The notes beneath the pieces were generated by a model. It was not told where the DNA came from and did no database searches. It saw only the letters and a program-made list of their open reading frames with translations. A program made the position numbers and the translations under genes. This document shows, piece after piece, positions 12,921-27,569 of a stretch of 64,000 nucleotides of DNA. Origin of the DNA: Octopus vulgaris (Eukaryota); the NCBI GenBank assembly GCA_951406725.2, contig OX597817.1, forward strand, positions 58,466,001-58,530,000, written 5' to 3'. Within the stretch, counting starts at the first letter, position 1, and each line of letters begins with the position of its first letter.

Positions 12921-13206
12921 ATCAACAGTGTTGTCTTACTGTTGTTGTTCTTGGAGTATTAGCAGCATCGTTGATGTTGTTGTTGCTATTGTTGTTGCAA
13001 GTATTTATTGTTGCTACTGCGACTGCTGCTTCTTCTGTTGAAAATTCTGGCGAGTTCTGAATTGCCAGGAATCTTTCGTCTTCACTGCAGCCTCCTTCTT
13101 TCTCTCATTCCATCAAACGCCTTGACCAAAATGTTCTAAAAATAGATCGTGTGTGTGTGTGGGGTGGGGGGCATTCTTTTATTCTTTTACTTGTTTCAGC
13201 CATTCG

Positions 13207-13281
13207 GGAAATTTCGAACCTGGGTTCTCATTCCTAAGGTATTTTTCGATGTTATTATTATTATTATTATTATCATTAATG

Positions 13282-13315
<34 letters not shown>

Positions 13316-13547
13316 CAACAACAACAACAACAACAACAATAATAATAATAATGTGCCTAGTGTACCCTTATCAGATGGGTATACTGGGCTTCGTATATTT
13401 TACCCCAGTGTCACTTTGATGGCATGCACTGCTCTCTCACCCAATAATAATGATAATAATAATAATAACATAGAAAAATACCTTAGGAATGAGAACCCAG
13501 GTTCGAAATTTCCCCAAGACGCCTGATGAAGGCTGGAGGCTATATCC
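13207..13547. mobile_element. Fold-back copy of the (TAA)n/hammerhead element with a secondary insert
   Basis: Inverted arms gggaaatttcgaacctgggttctcattcctaaggtattttt around (TTA)/(TAA)n; partial CTGATGA motif at 13523; same family as 44041-44555. Confidence 0.7.
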
Positions 13548-13718
13548 GTTGAATAGAGGTTATAAGAGTTAGGTATTGGAATCTTATATGTATACCATTC
13601 TGCTTAAATAATGGATCTACAAGTGCAATATCCCTGCATATCTCACATCATTCTTCCACTTCACTCTCTATTTCATATCTTATCTAAATTAACTATTGCT
13701 TAACCATTTTCTCACAGC

Positions 13719-13766
13719 GTCTCCGATGAAGGAATATAATAAATATACTGGAAACATCTGTAAGAC
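13719..13766 (+). ncRNA. Hammerhead-like motif (CCGATGA core) in a Penelope-like 3' end
   Basis: gtct-CCGATGA-stem II-GAAA-ca(t/g)ctg-TA-agac; homologous copy at 42090-42141 and partial copy near 7165(-). Confidence 0.6.
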
Positions 13767-14089
13767 CTATTTATAAATGTTCTAAAATCTTCATAGCCTT
13801 GGTTTTTTATCGCATTCTAAAAAAAAAAAAAGAAAATTATATATATACTTTTATGTGTATGTTTATGGTGGTTGTCTACTCTCTATGCAGAGATAGAACA
13901 CTTCCTGTACCTACACCTTAGAATCATGGCATCTGATGTGACTTTTTAAACCAGAGAATGTTCTGAAAAGACACCCACATATATATTAACCTAATATATA
14001 TATATATGTACACAATGAAAGTAATTGAAATTGAAACCATATAAAGCAGAATTATTATATCACATTACAATAGAGATGTTATTGTTTCA

Positions 14090-14295
14090 CTCTTGACACC
14101 TAATACCGCAACAGCGTAAGAGATTGCTCCGGGATCGCATTAGACAAGAAGTTGAAAATGTTTGGCCCACGACACTCCATTGACCCTAAGTAAGGTATGT
14201 GTAAAATTTGAATGAAATCGCTTGGATTGTTCTCGAGTGTCAGTGATGCACACATACAGACAGACACACACACATTCTCAGTTTTATATATATAG

Positions 14296-14297
<2 letters not shown>
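14090..14297 (-). mobile_element. Non-autonomous Helitron-like 5' end
   Basis: On -, TCTATATATATAAAA terminus followed by (GT)/(GTCT) repeats and cgatttcattcaaattttacac; similar element at 35765-35890(+). Confidence 0.6.
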
Positions 14298-14329
<32 letters not shown>

Positions 14330-14766
14330 CAAAGAAAAGACATGAATAATGAACTTCACATATTGTTAATGCATCCGTGACTTACACCTGTTTCTGGTAT
14401 ACATTATAGGTGCATTAATGGTTCCGTTTAATAAATCTGTCGATTGATCGACTGAAGCAATTGAATGACCTTAACAAATGCTATCATCATCGGAATCTGT
14501 GTACCGAATGGTGCATGAACTTCGATGATGATAATATTTGTTAAGGGACCTATAATGCATATCTCAAACAGTTGTAAGTCAAAGATGTACAAAAAAATTT
14601 GTAAAGTTCATTAGTTATGCCGTTTTGGTGTATATCACTCTGTGAAAAAGGTCAGATTAACGGGAGAGTGCAACCATAGATTTATAAATTCAACAGGCGA
14701 TGGACTTCAACTTCGGGCCCAGTGCTTCGGACCCAAATGGAAACGGCGTGGAAACCTGTCATGTGA

Positions 14767-14809
<43 letters not shown>

Positions 14810-17065
14810 CGCGCGTTTTTGTGTTTGTGTTTGCCTAAGAACTGGGGTTGATTTGTTCACCTAAACACATCAAGGTGGATCCCCAGCAAGGCCGCAGTTC
14901 AATGACTAAAACAAATAGAAGGCTCGTGGCTGTAGAAATACCCCACTGAACTAACACATACGTAAGCTATGCTCACAGGCCACAAATATAGCCATCCACG
15001 GACACCCTAGCCATTATCTCAGATAGTTTCACAGCTACACCCATCCAAGCAGCAGCGCACTCTTCAATTCTGAGGATCTTACCATTTTTCTAACCTCTCC
15101 CTGTCTCCAAGGGACCAATTGTGGTTAGATATGGAGAGCCAAGGCTACACCATCAACTTCGACCCCAAGACTTACCTGTCTCAAATGCTAGGGTTCACAG
15201 GGCCGGTTACCTGGGTTCATAGCGTATAAGTGACCAAGACCCCAACATTGACCCTGAATGGGGCGCTGGTCCATAGCAGCATTAGTCGTTTACAGCAGAG
15301 TGGTGTGGTGCAATGTGAAATGAAGTTTTTGGCTCAAGAACACAACGCACCGCTTGATCTTGTGATCGCCAGTGCAACACCCTAACCACTAGACCAATTG
15401 TTTGCAACAACGATGGGTACTGCAAGGTCTTAAAAATGCCCCCCTCCCATCCAAGACACGCTGCATGTCACGACGGTACCCCCTATGAAACCATCCGGTA
15501 GATGAAGGCCCAATAACTTAATACTCAGACGTGTGAACGGTTAAATGAATATCGGAGATGTATATCGAATCTGCAGGAGTTACTCAGAGGTGTTGTAAGC
15601 TTTTGTTCTAAAACCCGTCCGTATCGTCAGCGGGTACTGCAGGGTCACAAATGTTTCGTCCCTTACCTTGTACGCTTCGCCTTATTAGAGCAGTGAGGAC
15701 CGAATTAACCCTCGCCTGCGAAGGGTTCCACCTACGATCTCTTGACAAGCATCCCCTTTGAGCTGGTTTCAGCTGCCATGCCTATCTCCTTGGTGTCTTT
15801 CTTCAGTTGTTTGCAGTCCAGACTTATCGTCTGCCGGAATGTGTAATCTGACAGTCTCACTTATCTCCCTCTAACCGTCTTATCTTTTTATTCATTTATT
15901 TATTTACTTATTTATTTATTATCCTTTCATATGGGAGTGAACTCCCTTGCCACGTCAATACAAGACTTGTAGTGTCACACAACCACGTGATTTGTGCTGA
16001 GTAATCAGAAGGTCATATTCAGTCCATCATTTTGTTTGTTTAATACCTGTAACCAGAACGTTAGACCCATGATTCAAGTGCGGACCTTTATAAAGACATC
16101 CGCACTTTTTATAAAAAAAGCCTACTTTTTGGTCTAAATTCAACATTGAATCTTTTCCGTTTGATTCACCGCGCCACATTTTTTTTTTTTTTTTGAAATT
16201 TTCCCCAGAGATCTATCTTTGCATCCTAATTAACGAAAATCATTCAGTGAAGAACCATTAGAAGTGAATTTTTTACTAATCTAAGCCGATCAAGAAGCTT
16301 CCATCAACGACATATCGGAATTGGCGTGTGTTTCCCTCTTATTTGCTTCAACAAATAAGCCATAACGAACACTTCTGATTGGCCAGAATTGGCAAAAACT
16401 TTCAGCCTTTAATGGAACGTAACTTTTTCATTTCTAATTTCTCAAATAAATAAATATTAATGTGATTTTCGTAATTAGCGTACAATACTAAGTCATCAGT
16501 TATCGCTTACACCTGTTTCAATTAATAGATTACAGCCATGCTGGAGCACCACCTGTAAAAGTTTCAGTCGAACAAATCGACCCCAGGACTTAAACTTTTT
16601 TTTAAAGTTTGGTACTTATTCTATCGTACACTTTGACTGAAACACTAATTTATGGGGACGTAAACAAACGAATACTGGTCGGCAAGCGGTGGTAGCAGGT
16701 ACGATCCCAGGAATTTTTCGAAAGGAGAGTACAATGTCAGAAGGGAATAACAATGCCAGGAGAAAAGGGTGTAATAACATTATTTAAAAGGGCGCACGTC
16801 TTTTCTTGAGGTGGGGCACGTGCCTTTTAGGACCCTTCCCTTTGGGTCCGCCCCAAGGTGGACAAATACACAGACACACTCACACAAAACAAAAAAAAAA
16901 TGTAACAAGAACGTAAGAGTCAACAAAATATCCGGACAGTTAGACGATACAAAAAAAAAACGACAGGAAAAAACAAGGGCGGGTCATTCGGTGCTTTCTA
17001 TCGTCAGTCGAGTTCCAGATCGTCCCTGCAGTTTCGGCCGAATGTATGTATGTATGTATGTATGA

Positions 17066-17143
<78 letters not shown>

Positions 17144-17214
17144 GTGTGCGTGGGACTGAACCCGGATCCATGTGGTTGGGAAATTAAGGGTATTTTTCTA
17201 CACTGTAAGTGTAT

Positions 17215-17387
17215 GTATGACTGTGGTGGAGAAACTCGTTTTGCAATCGCGTGATTTTAGGTTCAGTCCCACACCGTGGCACCTTGGGCAAGTGACTACT
17301 ACTATATCTTCGGGCCGAATGAAGCCTTGTGAATGGATTTGTTAGACGGAAACTGAAAGAAGCCTGTCATACATACATGTGTATATG

Positions 17388-17434
<47 letters not shown>

Positions 17435-17795
17435 ATACTTTTGTGTCTGTGTTTGTGCTTCCCCTTACAGCATTAACAACTGATGTTGGTATGTTTACGT
17501 CTCCGTATGGATTTGGTAAACGGAAACTGTGTCGAAGCCCGATATATGTGTCTTTGCGTTTGTGCCCCCCACCCCACCCCCACACACACGCTGCTTGACA
17601 ACCGGTGTTGGTGTGTTTATATCTCCGTAACTTTAGCGGTTCGGCAAAACAGACCAATGCAATAAATACTATACCGAAATAAAAAATAAATAAATAAATA
17701 AGCGCCGGGGTCGATTCGTTGGACTAAAACCTCTCCAAGGTGTTGCCCCAGCATGGCCGTAGTCTAATAACTGAAACAAATAAAAAATTAAAGAT
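17215..17795 (+). mobile_element. SINE family B, near full length, internal microsatellite and partial duplication
   Basis: Head, ggaaactgaaagaagcc, (AT)/(GT)n, tail ccccagcatggccgtagtctaataactgaaac. Confidence 0.8.
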
Positions 17796-18277
17796 AAATC
17801 GGTCTCAATGAGTAAAATCAAAAATATTTATATTCCACTCAGCCTTTTGTCTTCTTTCTTTCGTCCTCCTCACCATAATCTTATGAACTCTTAATTCCTC
17901 CTCCCTCTACCTCTCTCTCTCTCTCTCTCCCCCTCTCTCTCACTCCTCATACACTGTCACTGCTCTTCTCTCTCTCTTTCTCTCTAGCTTTTTCTCATTC
18001 TTTGCGGTTTTTCTTCTTCACCCTCTCTCTACGTATCTTCTTCTCACTTTATTACTCTCTCCCTCTCTAATTTTCTCTCCTATCCCTGAAAGGTTTATCT
18101 CTCCCCCTTTCTTGCTATTTCCCTCACACCGTTACTTTCCCCCTCTCTCTATGTTCTCACATACTGTTACTTCCCTTCTCCGTCTCTCTTAAACTCTATT
18201 CTCTTCCCCTCCTCTCTCCATCTTTCACTTATCATTGACTCTACCTACTCCCCTTATCATTCACTCAAATGCTCTTA

Positions 18278-18339
<62 letters not shown>

Positions 18340-18606
18340 CTATCTTATGCACTGTTATTCTTACTCCCCCTCTCTCTCTGCCTCCTCACACACTACCCAT
18401 CGCTCTCAACCTTTCTAACCCCCCCGCCTCCTCATTTAATCTCCCTCACCTACCACCACTGACATACTGACCTAATTACTTAACGACCATATTAATGACG
18501 AACTAATGAGGATCTAATGACATGGTCAATGATCTGTTGGAATTAACAGCTAAATTTTTCTCAGCTCATACTCAACCCCCACCGTCTTAAAAATAAGATA
18601 CAGTGG

Positions 18607-18781
18607 CACTAGCATAGCTAGAGGCGGGTGGCGGGGCTGTTAGGGGCCGTCCGCTCCGGGCAACACTTTTAAAGGGGCACCACTTTTGGGTCTGCTGTAG
18701 GCAATATGTGTCTTTTGTGGGGTCTGGGGGAGGAAAACGGAAGCGCCGCTCCGAGTGGCACACACTCTAGCTACGCCAGTG
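18607..18781. mobile_element. hAT-type MITE
   Basis: TIRs cactagcatagctagag / ctctagctacgccagtg; 8-bp TSD tacagtgg / tgcagtgg (1 mismatch). Confidence 0.7.
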
Positions 18782-19488
18782 TGCAGTGGACACTACATAC
18801 CTGGGTACAATATACCCCCACACCCCAAAAAACAAGCAAACATACAAAAATCGGAGGTGATTATGGCTGAGAGATAAGTTTTTGTGCCTTCATTAGATGA
18901 AACAAGGGTACTGTCTTGTTTACACTGGATTGATCCAGTTATATATAAACACATACGCTTCCCTCCTCATGTGCGTTCCCGTCGCCGATTGCTAGTTTTA
19001 ACTAGACGTGGCAGGAAGCTGTGTCCCTCTCCACCGGCTGAAGAAACAAGTAGACAGAGAATCCACTAGAGGTGAAGATTACCCGCAAGTTTAACATAAC
19101 GTAAATTGACCCGTTTTTTATTTTATATATAAAATGTGAATATTTACGATACATTCTTCTTGTTTATTTTATTTCACATAATCATTGAGCATAGCTCCAA
19201 ATGATTTTCAATTAGTTGTTGAGCACTTTCATTGAATAAATATCTTGATTTGATGAATTAAGATGAACGTTGTGTGGATCATGTATGTCTAGTTACCACT
19301 CGCACGCACACACACACACACACACACACATACACACACGGTTAAGCATAGCGGTACTAATAACTAGTTCGTAGAACACAGTATGTTTATGTTTTGGAGT
19401 AATGCATTAGGCGAGTACGGAGCGTTATACCAAGTTATGAATGACAAAAGAAACAGGAAACATGAAATAAACTTCGTTAGCCGTATGT

Positions 19489-19553
<65 letters not shown>

Positions 19554-19744
19554 TGCAGGTGGATGTGAGCGCGTGGGTGTGTGTGAATCCGTATGGAAAA
19601 GTTCGCCTCTTTCGACATTTCTGAGACCAATTCCAGTCCATGGCGCCTTCGGTGAACGTCTTTTACTATTATTTCGGGTCCAAGACTAGACAGTAAAATT
19701 GGGATGGTGGAAACTATAAAGAAGTCCCTCGAATGGATTATATT

Positions 19745-19860
19745 CTCTGGCATCCGTTATTACCGCCGCACCTCTATCGCTAATATATGTAAACTCTTCA
19801 ACGAAATTTAGTGCCCTATCTAACAACCATGTCGATATAGGCGGATAAAATTCTACACAC
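19745..19860 (-). mobile_element. Penelope-like RT fragment
   Basis: VEFYPPISTWLLDRALNFVEEFTYISDR..ITDAR resembles the PLE RT D.V.FYPSI..LL.KAL.F region (recognised from memory). Confidence 0.5.
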
Positions 19861-19991
19861 GCAAGTACATACACATACACACATTTACATTTATGTTTGC
19901 ATAGAGATAAGCACATACATTCATACATACACACTGGCTGATAGATACATAGATAGATTGATAGATTGATAGATTGATAGATTGATAGATT

Positions 19992-20068
<77 letters not shown>

Positions 20069-20190
20069 AGTATTTGTCTCATTATATCTATTTAGTTATA
20101 TCACTCAGTCAATCTTTCCCTCTAGAATAGTATTCCCCTATGGATTTATATCCGCCTATCTTTTTCTCTGACTCTGTCTTTCTGTCTGTC

Positions 20191-20250
<60 letters not shown>

Positions 20251-20947
20251 TCCTTGTATATATATATATATATATATCAATGCATATACACGACTCTATT
20301 ACTGTTCTACACACCACACAAGCACTCGTAGAGACAAGAAAGAGAAAGAGAGAGAGAGAGAGAGGGAGTGAATGAGTGAGTGAGAGAGAGGGAGAGAGAG
20401 TGAATGAGTGAGGGAGTGCGAGTGAGTGAGAGAGAGAGAGAGTGAGATGCTTGAGCATTTGTATCCTCGTGCTATGATTTTACAAGAGTTCATTAAAAAA
20501 ATGAAGTTAGGAAAAGGTTGAAGTGTTTCCTTCATTTAAATTGGTCAAATATCTGGCTGAGGAGGGTGGAGGGGGAGAAGAGGGAGAAGAGGAGAGTGTG
20601 CGACTGGAGAAAGGAGAGAGTGAGAGAGAGAGCGAAGTTGGTCAAATATCTAGAACTAACAGACAGAAAGAGAGACAGAGGTGGAAGAGGAACGGAGAGA
20701 GTGTGTTATACATGCATTTATACACACACACCCCCCATTCATATGTGCGTGTGTGTGCTTTTATATATGTATGTATCTATATGTGTATATGTGCATGTAT
20801 ATATATATATATATATGTATGAAATTGCGAAGATGATCTGGTTCTTGACTGATGACTGAGAGCTTCGAAAGTCCCGTCTGTGTGTTTTTTTTGCCGTCTT
20901 CAAAATGTTTCACGTTCTTGTCCCAGTTTGTGTTTTTTTAACGTTTA

Positions 20948-20995
<48 letters not shown>

Positions 20996-21189
20996 CATAT
21001 ATTTATAAACACACACATACACACACATATACATGTATATACACAATTACATGCACACGCACATATATAAATGTATATATATTTTTATGTGCTTGGTTGT
21101 ATGTGTGTGTGTATGTCTCTGTGTATGTGTGTGCGTGCGTGTGTGTGTGAGTTTAAAGTAGCCAAATATCGAGAACTGGCAAAATAAAC

Positions 21190-21225
<36 letters not shown>

Positions 21226-21239
21226 GGAGAGACATAATG

Positions 21240-21310
<71 letters not shown>

Positions 21311-21792
21311 GAGACAGAAAGGGCTGTGGATTATCTAACTGTGAGGTTGAGCTAGAATGAGGAGAGGCGATGATAACTGGAAGAAATCAATGACTCAGCC
21401 GTTCCTCTTTTCGTTTTCTTTCCTTATTAAAGCATTTCAGTTTCGTCACACTTCCGTTTATCCCTGTTTTTTTTTGTATGTTTGTTTACGTGACAAACTA
21501 AGTCACGTGAATGGATCTCTGTCGCCGCTACCGAGGCACCCATGGACTGTCAACGTATTCAACAAGCAGAATTAGCCTGACACAATGTAATAAGAGTGGC
21601 CACGAATAGGCATAGCCTGAACAAGTTTAGGAAAAACCCGATCCACACTCTTAACTCTGTAGGGCTTAAGAATGCTCCAGAGACCAGCCTTTCTCAGACG
21701 TCCCGTTCAATTTCGGCACCGGTTCAAGCCCTACCGAAAATTCTAATGAAAGGCCATTGTATATCAACACAGCCTCCTACCACTCTATTATA

Positions 21793-22023
21793 TATTTCTT
21801 TATTGCCCACAAGGGGATAAACATAGAGAGGACAAACAAGGACAGACAAAGGGATTAAGTCGATTACATCGACCCCAGTGCGAAACTGGTACTTTATTTA
21901 TCGACCCCGAAAGGATGAAAGGCAAAGTCGACCTCGGCAGAATTTGAACTCAGAACGTAACGACAGACGAAATACCGCCAAGCATTTCGTCCGGCGCGCT
22001 AACGTGTCTGCCAGCTCGCCGCC
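21793..22023 (-). mobile_element. SINE family A monomer with Tx1-like tail and 13-bp TSD
   Basis: Full head to tail ccccttgtgggcaataaagaaata; direct repeat ccactctattata at 21780-21792 and 22033-22045. Confidence 0.88.
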
Positions 22024-22440
22024 AAGTGTCTGCCACTCTATTATAATGTTTAAAATCTTTAAGCTGCATCAATCATATGCCTAGCCCTAAATCCCATTGG
22101 AGAAAGTAGCGCTGTAAAATCCTTTGGGTTGTTTCACCTTTTTCACTCAACGTGAGAAACTCAACTGGAAACAGTTGAAATGGCTTGGACCACATCTAAA
22201 TGGAAGTAGATGTCGAAAACTTTGCTTGTTCAAGAGGAGAATCATTCTAAATAACGCACAAAGTCCAGGTATTTTCCTGAACTAAAAAACGAATTATTTC
22301 CTTGTTACCCCCATGGACGGTAATTTGTTGTGGCGACAAACATGTTTACATACATATAACTGTCACGCTTCGGCCACAGCTAACATCGATCCATGGAAAG
22401 CAACTCTCCTTTCCCTCCCAGAAAATGTTCGCTATTTATT

Positions 22441-22521
<81 letters not shown>

Positions 22522-22544
22522 ACATACACACATACACACATACA

Positions 22545-22580
<36 letters not shown>

Positions 22581-22842
22581 TATTTATATGCATATATGTA
22601 TGTATATATATATGTATGTATGCATATATGTACACACACATACGCACACACATACAACATACGTTTTCCTTGTACACTCACAAAGCACCAGTCAGCCCGG
22701 GAGGCTATAACAGAAATCGCTAGCAAGAAGGAGGAAAAGAGCGGGTGAGATAGTTAGATAGACAGCTAGATAAACAGATAGTTTTGTATGTGTGTATGTA
22801 TGTATGTATGTATGTATGCATGCATGTATGTATGTATGTATG

Positions 22843-22874
<32 letters not shown>

Positions 22875-23010
22875 CATATATATAAACACACACATATATA
22901 CATATATAGATAGATAGATTGATAGAGAGATAGATAGATAGAAGGATAAGTAGATAGAGATAGATTGATAAGGGAGAGAACGTGATTGAGGGAAAAAGAA
23001 CTGTGTTATG

Positions 23011-23048
<38 letters not shown>

Positions 23049-23717
23049 GAGAGGTGTGTTATGAAGGAGGGAGAGAGAAATGTGTTGTGTGTGAAGTAGA
23101 GAAAGGTTATCCGATGCTAGCAAAACGTTAGTGGAATCGGTGAAGTTGGACACTTGGAGCAAAAAGTTATCTTTTTTTTAAAACGTCAACCTTTGTTAAT
23201 AACTGCTGCCATTTCAGCGAAGCTGTTTCCTCCATTCCATTTCACTATTTCTTCCCCTGTTCCTCCATTTTTAATCTTTATTGCGAGCCGTATTGGTGTC
23301 AGCGGGGTAGTGTCATCACTTGGTCGCTGGTCTCTCAGGAAAGATAACTGTTTACTGGGAAGCTGGAAAACGAATGCAGGAGCATAGTGTAGTGTAGCGC
23401 AGTTTAGTGTATGTATGTATGTATGTATGTATGTATGTATGTATGTATGTATGTATGTGCAAATTTGTATGTTTTATGTATGTATTCTCATGCATATAGT
23501 TGCTATGTATGTATGTATCTCATTATTCAGTTTATTTCAATATTTCTTGCCAGTAGAGAAAGAACCGGTTTCTAACCTAGATCCATGGTTCCTTCATTGG
23601 AATTTCAACATCAACAACATGGTATGTATGTATTTGGGTGAATGAGAATGTAGGCGTTGTGCATCACATTACTAGAAGTGAGTGACCCCTAGTTCTTGTT
23701 AGGAGATCACACTAGGA

Positions 23718-24004
23718 CAGGGATTACCAAACTACGGCCTTTCGAGGTCAGTTCATCCAGCTCGCCGCCGCACTCTACCTTTTTGTGTAAGTTCCTGCAA
23801 TGAGAGTTCATTTGCCCCTGCTATGGCATCAGCGTTTGAAATAACTTGTGTCTGCGAGCAAAAATGAAATATGTGAAGTCAGCCTATCGAACGAAGTTGA
23901 TCGACGAACATTTGAAAGCAATTCTCTTGGTCGGATGCAGCAATTCCAAAGCAAATAACGATAATGTCTTAAAAGCTAAACACCAGTTTCAAAAATCTCA
24001 TTAA
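23718..24004 (+). mobile_element. hAT (Charlie-like) transposon remnant
   Basis: TIR-like cagggattaccaaactacggcc; frameshifted C-terminus FEITCVCEQ/KMKYVKSAYRTKLIDEHLKAIL..QFQKSH*. Confidence 0.75.
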
Positions 24005-24119
24005 CCGTTTTTGCTGTTTAGTTTGTGCGATTCGGATGTGTGCACTGGGTGTGATATAACTATCTTATTGCTGACGTCGCCATCTTTGATAAACATTTTG
24101 GCAAATAAATATGCTAGTG

Positions 24120-24891
24120 TTCAAGTGGTACTTTATTTTATCGATTTATCGACCCCCTAAAGGATGAAAGGCAAAAGTCGACCCCAGCAGCACTTGAACT
24201 CCGAAGGTAAAGTCGGAAAAAATGTCGCTAAGCATGTTTCCAGCGCTGTAACGATTCTGCCAAGTAGCCGCCCCATACTAACTTAATCTTTCTTTTTTTT
24301 TTTCTTTTTTCTTTTCTACTCTAAGCACAAGGCCCGAAATTTTTTTGGGGTAGGGGTCAGTCGATTAGATCAACCCCAGTACGCAACTGGTACTTAATTT
24401 ATCAATCCTGAAAGGACGAAAGACATAGTTGACCTCAGCAGAATTTGAACTCAGAACGTAACGACAGACGAAATACCTATTTCTTTACTACATACAAGGG
24501 GCTAAACACAGAGGAGACAAACAAGGACAGACACACGGATTAAGTCGATTATATCGACCCCAGTGCGTAACTGGTACTTATTTAAGCGCCCTCGAAAGGA
24601 TGAAAGGCAAAGTCGACCTCGTCGGAATTTGAACTCAGAACGTAGCGGCAGACGAAATACCTATTTCTTTATTGCCCACAAAGGGCTAAACATAGAGGGG
24701 ACAAACAAGGGCAGACAAAGGGATTAAGTCGATTACATCGACCCCAGTGCGTAACTGGTACTTATTTAATCGAACCCGAAAGGATGAAAGGCAAAGTCGA
24801 CCTCGGCAGAATTTGAACTCAGAACATAACGGCAGACGAAATACGGCTACGCATTTCGCCCGGCGTGCTAACGATTCTGCCAGCTCGCCGC
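24120..24891 (-). mobile_element. SINE family A trimer (24310-24891) plus a degenerate monomer
   Basis: Same head, core and tail units as 27570-28150, reverse-complemented. Confidence 0.88.
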
Positions 24892-25227
24892 CCCCTACTA
24901 ATTTAAATATTGTGAAGCACATGTTGAGTGTTCCTTTCAGCAATCTCCCAAGTGTGGCACAGACACAACGCAAAGAATATCCGCTTGGTCATTCAAACTT
25001 TTAGCTTCATTGTACAATATCTCTTCTCTTTCTTTTGCGTTGCGGGTTAAAAATCCAGCCGGGGTCAACTTCGCTTTCAACCTTTCGGGGTTTGATAAAA
25101 TTAAGTATTAGTGAAGTATTGGGGCCACTATAATAATTTATCTCCTTCCCCTAGAATATCTGGCCAAGTACTAAAATTTAAAACCATTATTATCATAACT
25201 ATTAAAGCCATTATTATCATTACCAAA

Positions 25228-25272
<45 letters not shown>

Positions 25273-25493
25273 GGCGATAAGGCGGCGATCTGGCAGAATC
25301 GTTAGCACACTGGACGAAATGCTTAGCGATATTTCACTCGGTGCTGCGCTATGTGTTCAAATTCCGCCGAGGTCGACTTTGCCTTTCATTCTTTCGGGGT
25401 CGATAGGGTTAGGGTTAGGAAAAAGGTAAAAATAAAAGTTGGATAAACGTATTTTAGGAATTCTAATTTGGAATTTCATGTTTTGTTTTCAGG

Positions 25494-25662
25494 ATGAAGA
25501 AATCGAATAACTTATCTGGAAAATACCAAGAAATTTCTTCTCCAACCAATGTGCAGAAGGTAAAGGTAGTCACGGTTGGAGACATATCGGTTGGGAAATC
25601 TTCTTTGGCATTAAGGTTTACCAAAGGATACTTCGAAGAACTATACAAACCGACAGTTGGCG
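25494..25662 (+). CDS. Rab5-like small GTPase, coding exon 1 (169 nt)
   Basis: Acceptor ttttcag|g ATG; P-loop GDISVGKSS; switch I PTVG; donor gtaagg, phase 1. Confidence 0.92.
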
Positions 25663-26776
25663 GTAAGGAGAATTCTTCAGATGTTCAATATTGTTTCCCC
25701 CCGAATCCCGATTCTTTCTTTCTTTTCTTCTCTTTTAATGGTTTCATTCACTGGACTGCGGCCGTGCTGGGGCACCGCCTTGAAGGATTCAGCTGAACAA
25801 ATCGGCTCCGGTGCTTATTTATTTTCAAATATGGTACTTATTCTATCGGTTTATTTGACCGAACTGCTAAGTTAAGGAGACGTAAACAAATCAACACCGG
25901 TTATTAAATGATGGCGGGGAACAAACACAACATAAAGATACTCACACATATATGACAGGCTCTGTCACAGTTTTCGTCAACGAAATTTGCTCACAAAGCA
26001 TTGGTCGACCCGGAGCTATAATAGAAATCGATCAAATTGCCGCGCAGTGGGACTGAATCCGAAACCATGTGTTACAAAACAACTTTCTTAACCACATGGC
26101 CATGCTTCTCTTTGTTTTACCACATTACCATGCCCATATAACCTTTTTATATAATCTAAAAATCATCTAATTGTTTAATCTGCAAACGAAGAGCAAAGTT
26201 CACGAGCCATTTCGTGGCCTATGGAACTGGTAGGACGAAGAATGGAAGTTATCCAAATACTGAAGACATAGCACAAATGCTTGTAACAAAGGAAAGACCG
26301 ATAAAGAATCCTAAAGGCTTCTACGTGGCCCTTGGCTATTATTAACGTAAGCATGATGGCAGATTAAGCCTACCTTTGGAAGAAGAGAAAACAGAGAATT
26401 TCGAGAGCGAACACATAACACTGTGTTACATCCTTAGTTGTGTTATGTCTTTATAGTTTTACTTTTCAATATCGTCTTGCTTTTTATGATTCTTTTAGAA
26501 AATGTAATAAGAATGTAATATTTCTCAGAGAGACATAGATTGTATCTCATTATAACATTAATGGGGGGTTCTGTAATGAGCCTCTTGAATAGATATGGTT
26601 AGTAATGCTATCACCTTTTAAACGCCACGTATCTTTGGAGAGTTGTTGCTGTTGTTCTTAGTTCTTGGTTACTTCCAGTCGAGTAGACATAAAATTAAAA
26701 GCACTCCGGCGGTGACCCTCCTGTCTTTTTCTATACACACACATAACTACACACACACGACTACACAAACACACAA

Positions 26777-26807
<31 letters not shown>

Positions 26808-27329
26808 ACCACACACATGCACACACATATGTAAAAAGAAATAGAGATATATGTATATAGATGTGCTTCACCAAATTTTCTTCTCTTCAGACTGTATCAT
26901 TCTAGAACGATGTAAAGCCTCAATCTATCTCCTTTCATGGTCTCCTCCTCCTCCTTTTCTTCCTCTTCTTTATCATTCTAGGACTCTGTACAGTCTCAAT
27001 CTATCTCCTATTATGATCTCCTCCTCCTTCTCCCTCTTCCTCTTCTTCTTATTATTATTATTATTCCTCTTCTTTTTCTTCGCTTCTCCCCTCCTCTTCC
27101 TCCTCCACCAGCTTCTTAAAATTAAACATTATCGACACTAACTCCATCCCACCCCACCTCGCTTTTCCATAAATTAATATCTAAAACGAGAATCAGAAAC
27201 ACCCATTAAAATATATATCATTGAATTGACAATTTTTAAGTAGAAATAACAATCGGCCACCTTTGATTGCCTGCAAACTGTTTTTGCATGTTGCTTGCTT
27301 ATTTATGCGTTTATTCATTTATTTTGCAG

Positions 27330-27481
27330 CTGTGTTTGTCTTCAAAACCATTACAGAGGGCAACAGGAAAATCTTATTTCAGATCTGGGACACAGCTGGA
27401 CAGGAACGTTTCAAAAGTTTGGTGCCGATGTATTTACGTGACGCAAAATTTGCTCTTTTAATCTATGATATTACAGACAGG
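27330..27481 (+). CDS. Rab5-like GTPase, exon 2 (152 nt)
   Basis: ttgcag|; IWDTAGQERFKSLVPMYLRDA..LIYDIT; donor gtaggt. Confidence 0.95.
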
Positions 27482-27569
27482 GTAGGTAACTTATTTCTGC
27501 ATTACAGAACCGTTAAGGACCAAGAGAATGGTCATATAAACCAGACATCAGTTAATATTTAGTCAAATA

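Noticed and set aside
20845-20880. CTGATGA...GAAA motif (related copy near 17000 on -; another CTGATGA near 40265 on -)
   Set aside because: Stems II, III and I cannot be closed convincingly, so not counted as hammerheads.
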